Of a stretch of DNA of 24,000 nt, positions 22,621 through 24,000 are shown one piece after another; within the stretch, counting starts at the first letter, position 1, and the number at the start of each line of letters is the position of its first letter. The stretch is from the NCBI GenBank assembly GCA_964536865.1, contig CAZHYN010000013.1, forward strand, positions 19,100 to 43,099, given 5' to 3'. The DNA is from an uncultured Planctomycetia bacterium. Its GTDB lineage: Bacteria > Omnitrophota > Gorgyraeia > Duberdicusellales > 4484-171. Below the pieces are notes generated by a model. It did not search any database. It was not told where the DNA came from and worked only from the letters and a program-made list of their open reading frames with translations. The translations under genes and the position numbers were made by a program.

Positions 22621-23832
22621 ATGAGAGTAATTCCTATAGATGTAAAGAACTTAACTCATGCTTATAAGATTATGGATTCCTTAGGTGTAGACAGAGAAGG
22701 TATAAAGATAATGGCTCCTAAAGGCATCTTTAGAGTTTTTAAGATCGAAGGGATAGATTCAGTAGGTGCCAATATAGTAAAGCAACATCTCCTTTCCTTA
22801 GGGGCTGAAGCAAGTTTGCCTCGAGGAGCGTTAACTAAGAAGATTTCTACAGAGATGATTATCTTTGCCACTCTTTCTCAGCTTAAAAGAGTCATTCCTA
22901 AACTAAAAAGACAAGGATTTGGTCTAAAAGAATTAGGAGAAAAATTAGCTACTCTTGTTAAGGAGAAGAAAAATCACTTATTGGTAGCTAGAGATAAAAA
23001 AGTGCTCATTAAAAAACCTATAGTTTGTGGAATTATAAATCTTACTCCTGATTCTTTCAGTGGAGATGGGATTTTTAAAGAATCTTTATACTCTTCCACT
23101 AAAACTAAGTATATAGTCTTAAAAAAGGTAGAGGCAATGGTAAAAAATGGAGCAAAAATGATTGATGTGGGAGGAGAATCTAGCCGTCCCTTCTCCCAAA
23201 GAATAAGTCCAGAGGAGGAGGTAAAGAGAGTAATTCCTTACTTTAAAGAGATAAGAAAGCGATTTCCTTCAATTTTACTTTCTATTGATACTTACAAGTA
23301 TAGAGTTGCTAAGGAAGCAGTTAACGAAGGTGCAGATATCATAAATGATATTACTGCTTTAAGAGATTCTCCTCAGATTCTCTCTTTGGTTAAAAAGTAT
23401 AGATTAGGATGCATTTTAATGCATATGAAGGGTACACCTCAAACTATGCAGATTAGACCTTTCTATAAAGATGTAGTTAGAGAGATTATAAGTTTTCTAG
23501 AAGAACGAGTAGATTTCTGTTTGGAGAAAGGAGTAGAGAAGACTCAACTCCTGATAGACCCCGGGATAGGATTTGGTAAACGTCTCCAGGACAATATCGA
23601 GATTCTTGCTCGGTTAAGAGAATTTAAAACTTTAGGGTTACCTATTTTCTTAGGAGTTTTCCGAAAGTCCTTTATTGGTCAGATTCTGAATCTTCCTGTA
23701 GAAGAAAGGTTAATCGGTAGTGTAGCAGCAGTAATCTGGGCTATTCTTAAAGGAGCCAATATTTTAAGAGTTCATGATGTAAAAGAAACCTATCAGGCTC
23801 TCAAAATTATTGAGAGGTTGGCAAGAAACTAA
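22621..23832 (+). CDS. folP: Dihydropteroate synthase with ~130-aa N-terminal extension
   Basis: The pterin-binding core starts at VCGIINLTPDSFSGDG (residue ~135), followed by DVGGESSRP, INDITAL and DPGIGFGK. The preceding 130 aa have no motif I can name. Confidence 0.9.
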   Translation: MRVIPIDVKNLTHAYKIMDSLGVDREGIKIMAPKGIFRVFKIEGIDSVGANIVKQHLLSLGAEASLPRGALTKKISTEMIIFATLSQLKRVIPKLKRQGFGLKELGEKLATLVKEKKNHLLVARDKKVLIKKPIVCGIINLTPDSFSGDGIFKESLYSSTKTKYIVLKKVEAMVKNGAKMIDVGGESSRPFSQRISPEEEVKRVIPYFKEIRKRFPSILLSIDTYKYRVAKEAVNEGADIINDITALRDSPQILSLVKKYRLGCILMHMKGTPQTMQIRPFYKDVVREIISFLEERVDFCLEKGVEKTQLLIDPGIGFGKRLQDNIEILARLREFKTLGLPIFLGVFRKSFIGQILNLPVEERLIGSVAAVIWAILKGANILRVHDVKETYQALKIIERLARN

Positions 23833-24000
23833 TGGAATTACTAGCTAAGTTATTAAATTGGAAAGCAATAATAGAGGTTTTAATTTTATGGTTTGTTATC
23901 TACCGAATATTCTTATTCCTAAAAGGAACAAAGGCAGTTTATCTTCTAAGAGGTATAGTTATCTTAGTCATTTCTTTCTTTATATTTCAAAGGTTAGGGT
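23832..24000 (+). CDS. cdaA: Diadenylate cyclase CdaA, N-terminal TM region (3' end outside window)
   Basis: ATG 23832 overlaps the folP TAA (TAATG). MELLAKLLNWKAIIEVLILWFVIYRIFLFLKGTKAVYLLRGIVILVI closely parallels the CdaA N-terminus (..DILLVWYVIYKLIMVIRGTKAVQLLKGIVVIVL). The frame is open to the window end. Confidence 0.75.
   Translation, partial: MELLAKLLNWKAIIEVLILWFVIYRIFLFLKGTKAVYLLRGIVILVISFFIFQRLG

Noticed and set aside
1-24000. CRISPR arrays, transposases/IS elements, toxin-antitoxin pairs, known defence-system signatures
   Set aside because: I scanned both strands for regularly spaced repeats and for hallmark motifs (DDE, integrase R..HxxR..Y, Cas). None was seen. The only repeats are those reported above.

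Overview
AT-rich bacterial chromosomal window (about one-third G+C by eye; lineage not assignable without a search, probably an uncultivated diderm). Genes are densely packed and many have overlapping start/stop codons. Five blocks are visible. (1) 1-4023: the tail of a type IV pilus locus. It holds the pilC 3' end, a translationally coupled histidine kinase / PilZ / response regulator / T2SSE_N-PilZ operon, a c-di-GMP-I (GEMM-I) riboswitch with an intrinsic terminator, and a type IV pilin gene. (2) 4009-12622: a glycosylation cluster. Two tandem TMTC/PMT-like GT-C + TPR membrane proteins share a perfectly identical 441-bp internal block. A polyprenyl-phosphate-sugar-synthase-like GT2 is transcribed divergently from them, followed by GT9, GT4, a SAM methyltransferase and a flippase-like membrane protein. 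(3) 12721-13908: ribE, tRNA-Pro(CGG) and a one-piece tmRNA. (4) 14012-19659: small or poorly characterised genes. These are an FmdB-type zinc ribbon, a DUF123/GIY-YIG protein, a third PilZ, a radical SAM - frameshifted yggS - MBL-fold coupled triplet, mpg, and a convergent B12-binding radical SAM gene. (5) 19729-24000: the conserved housekeeping run tilS-ftsH-folP-cdaA. No CRISPR array, transposase, integrase or rRNA was seen. The best candidates for something new are the cyclic-di-GMP-centred pilus control module (three PilZ receptors plus an atypically extended GEMM-I aptamer in front of the pilin) and the adjacent TMTC-like putative periplasmic glycosylation pair with its gene-conversion tract. 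All family assignments rest on motifs read by eye from the translations; no database search was possible.
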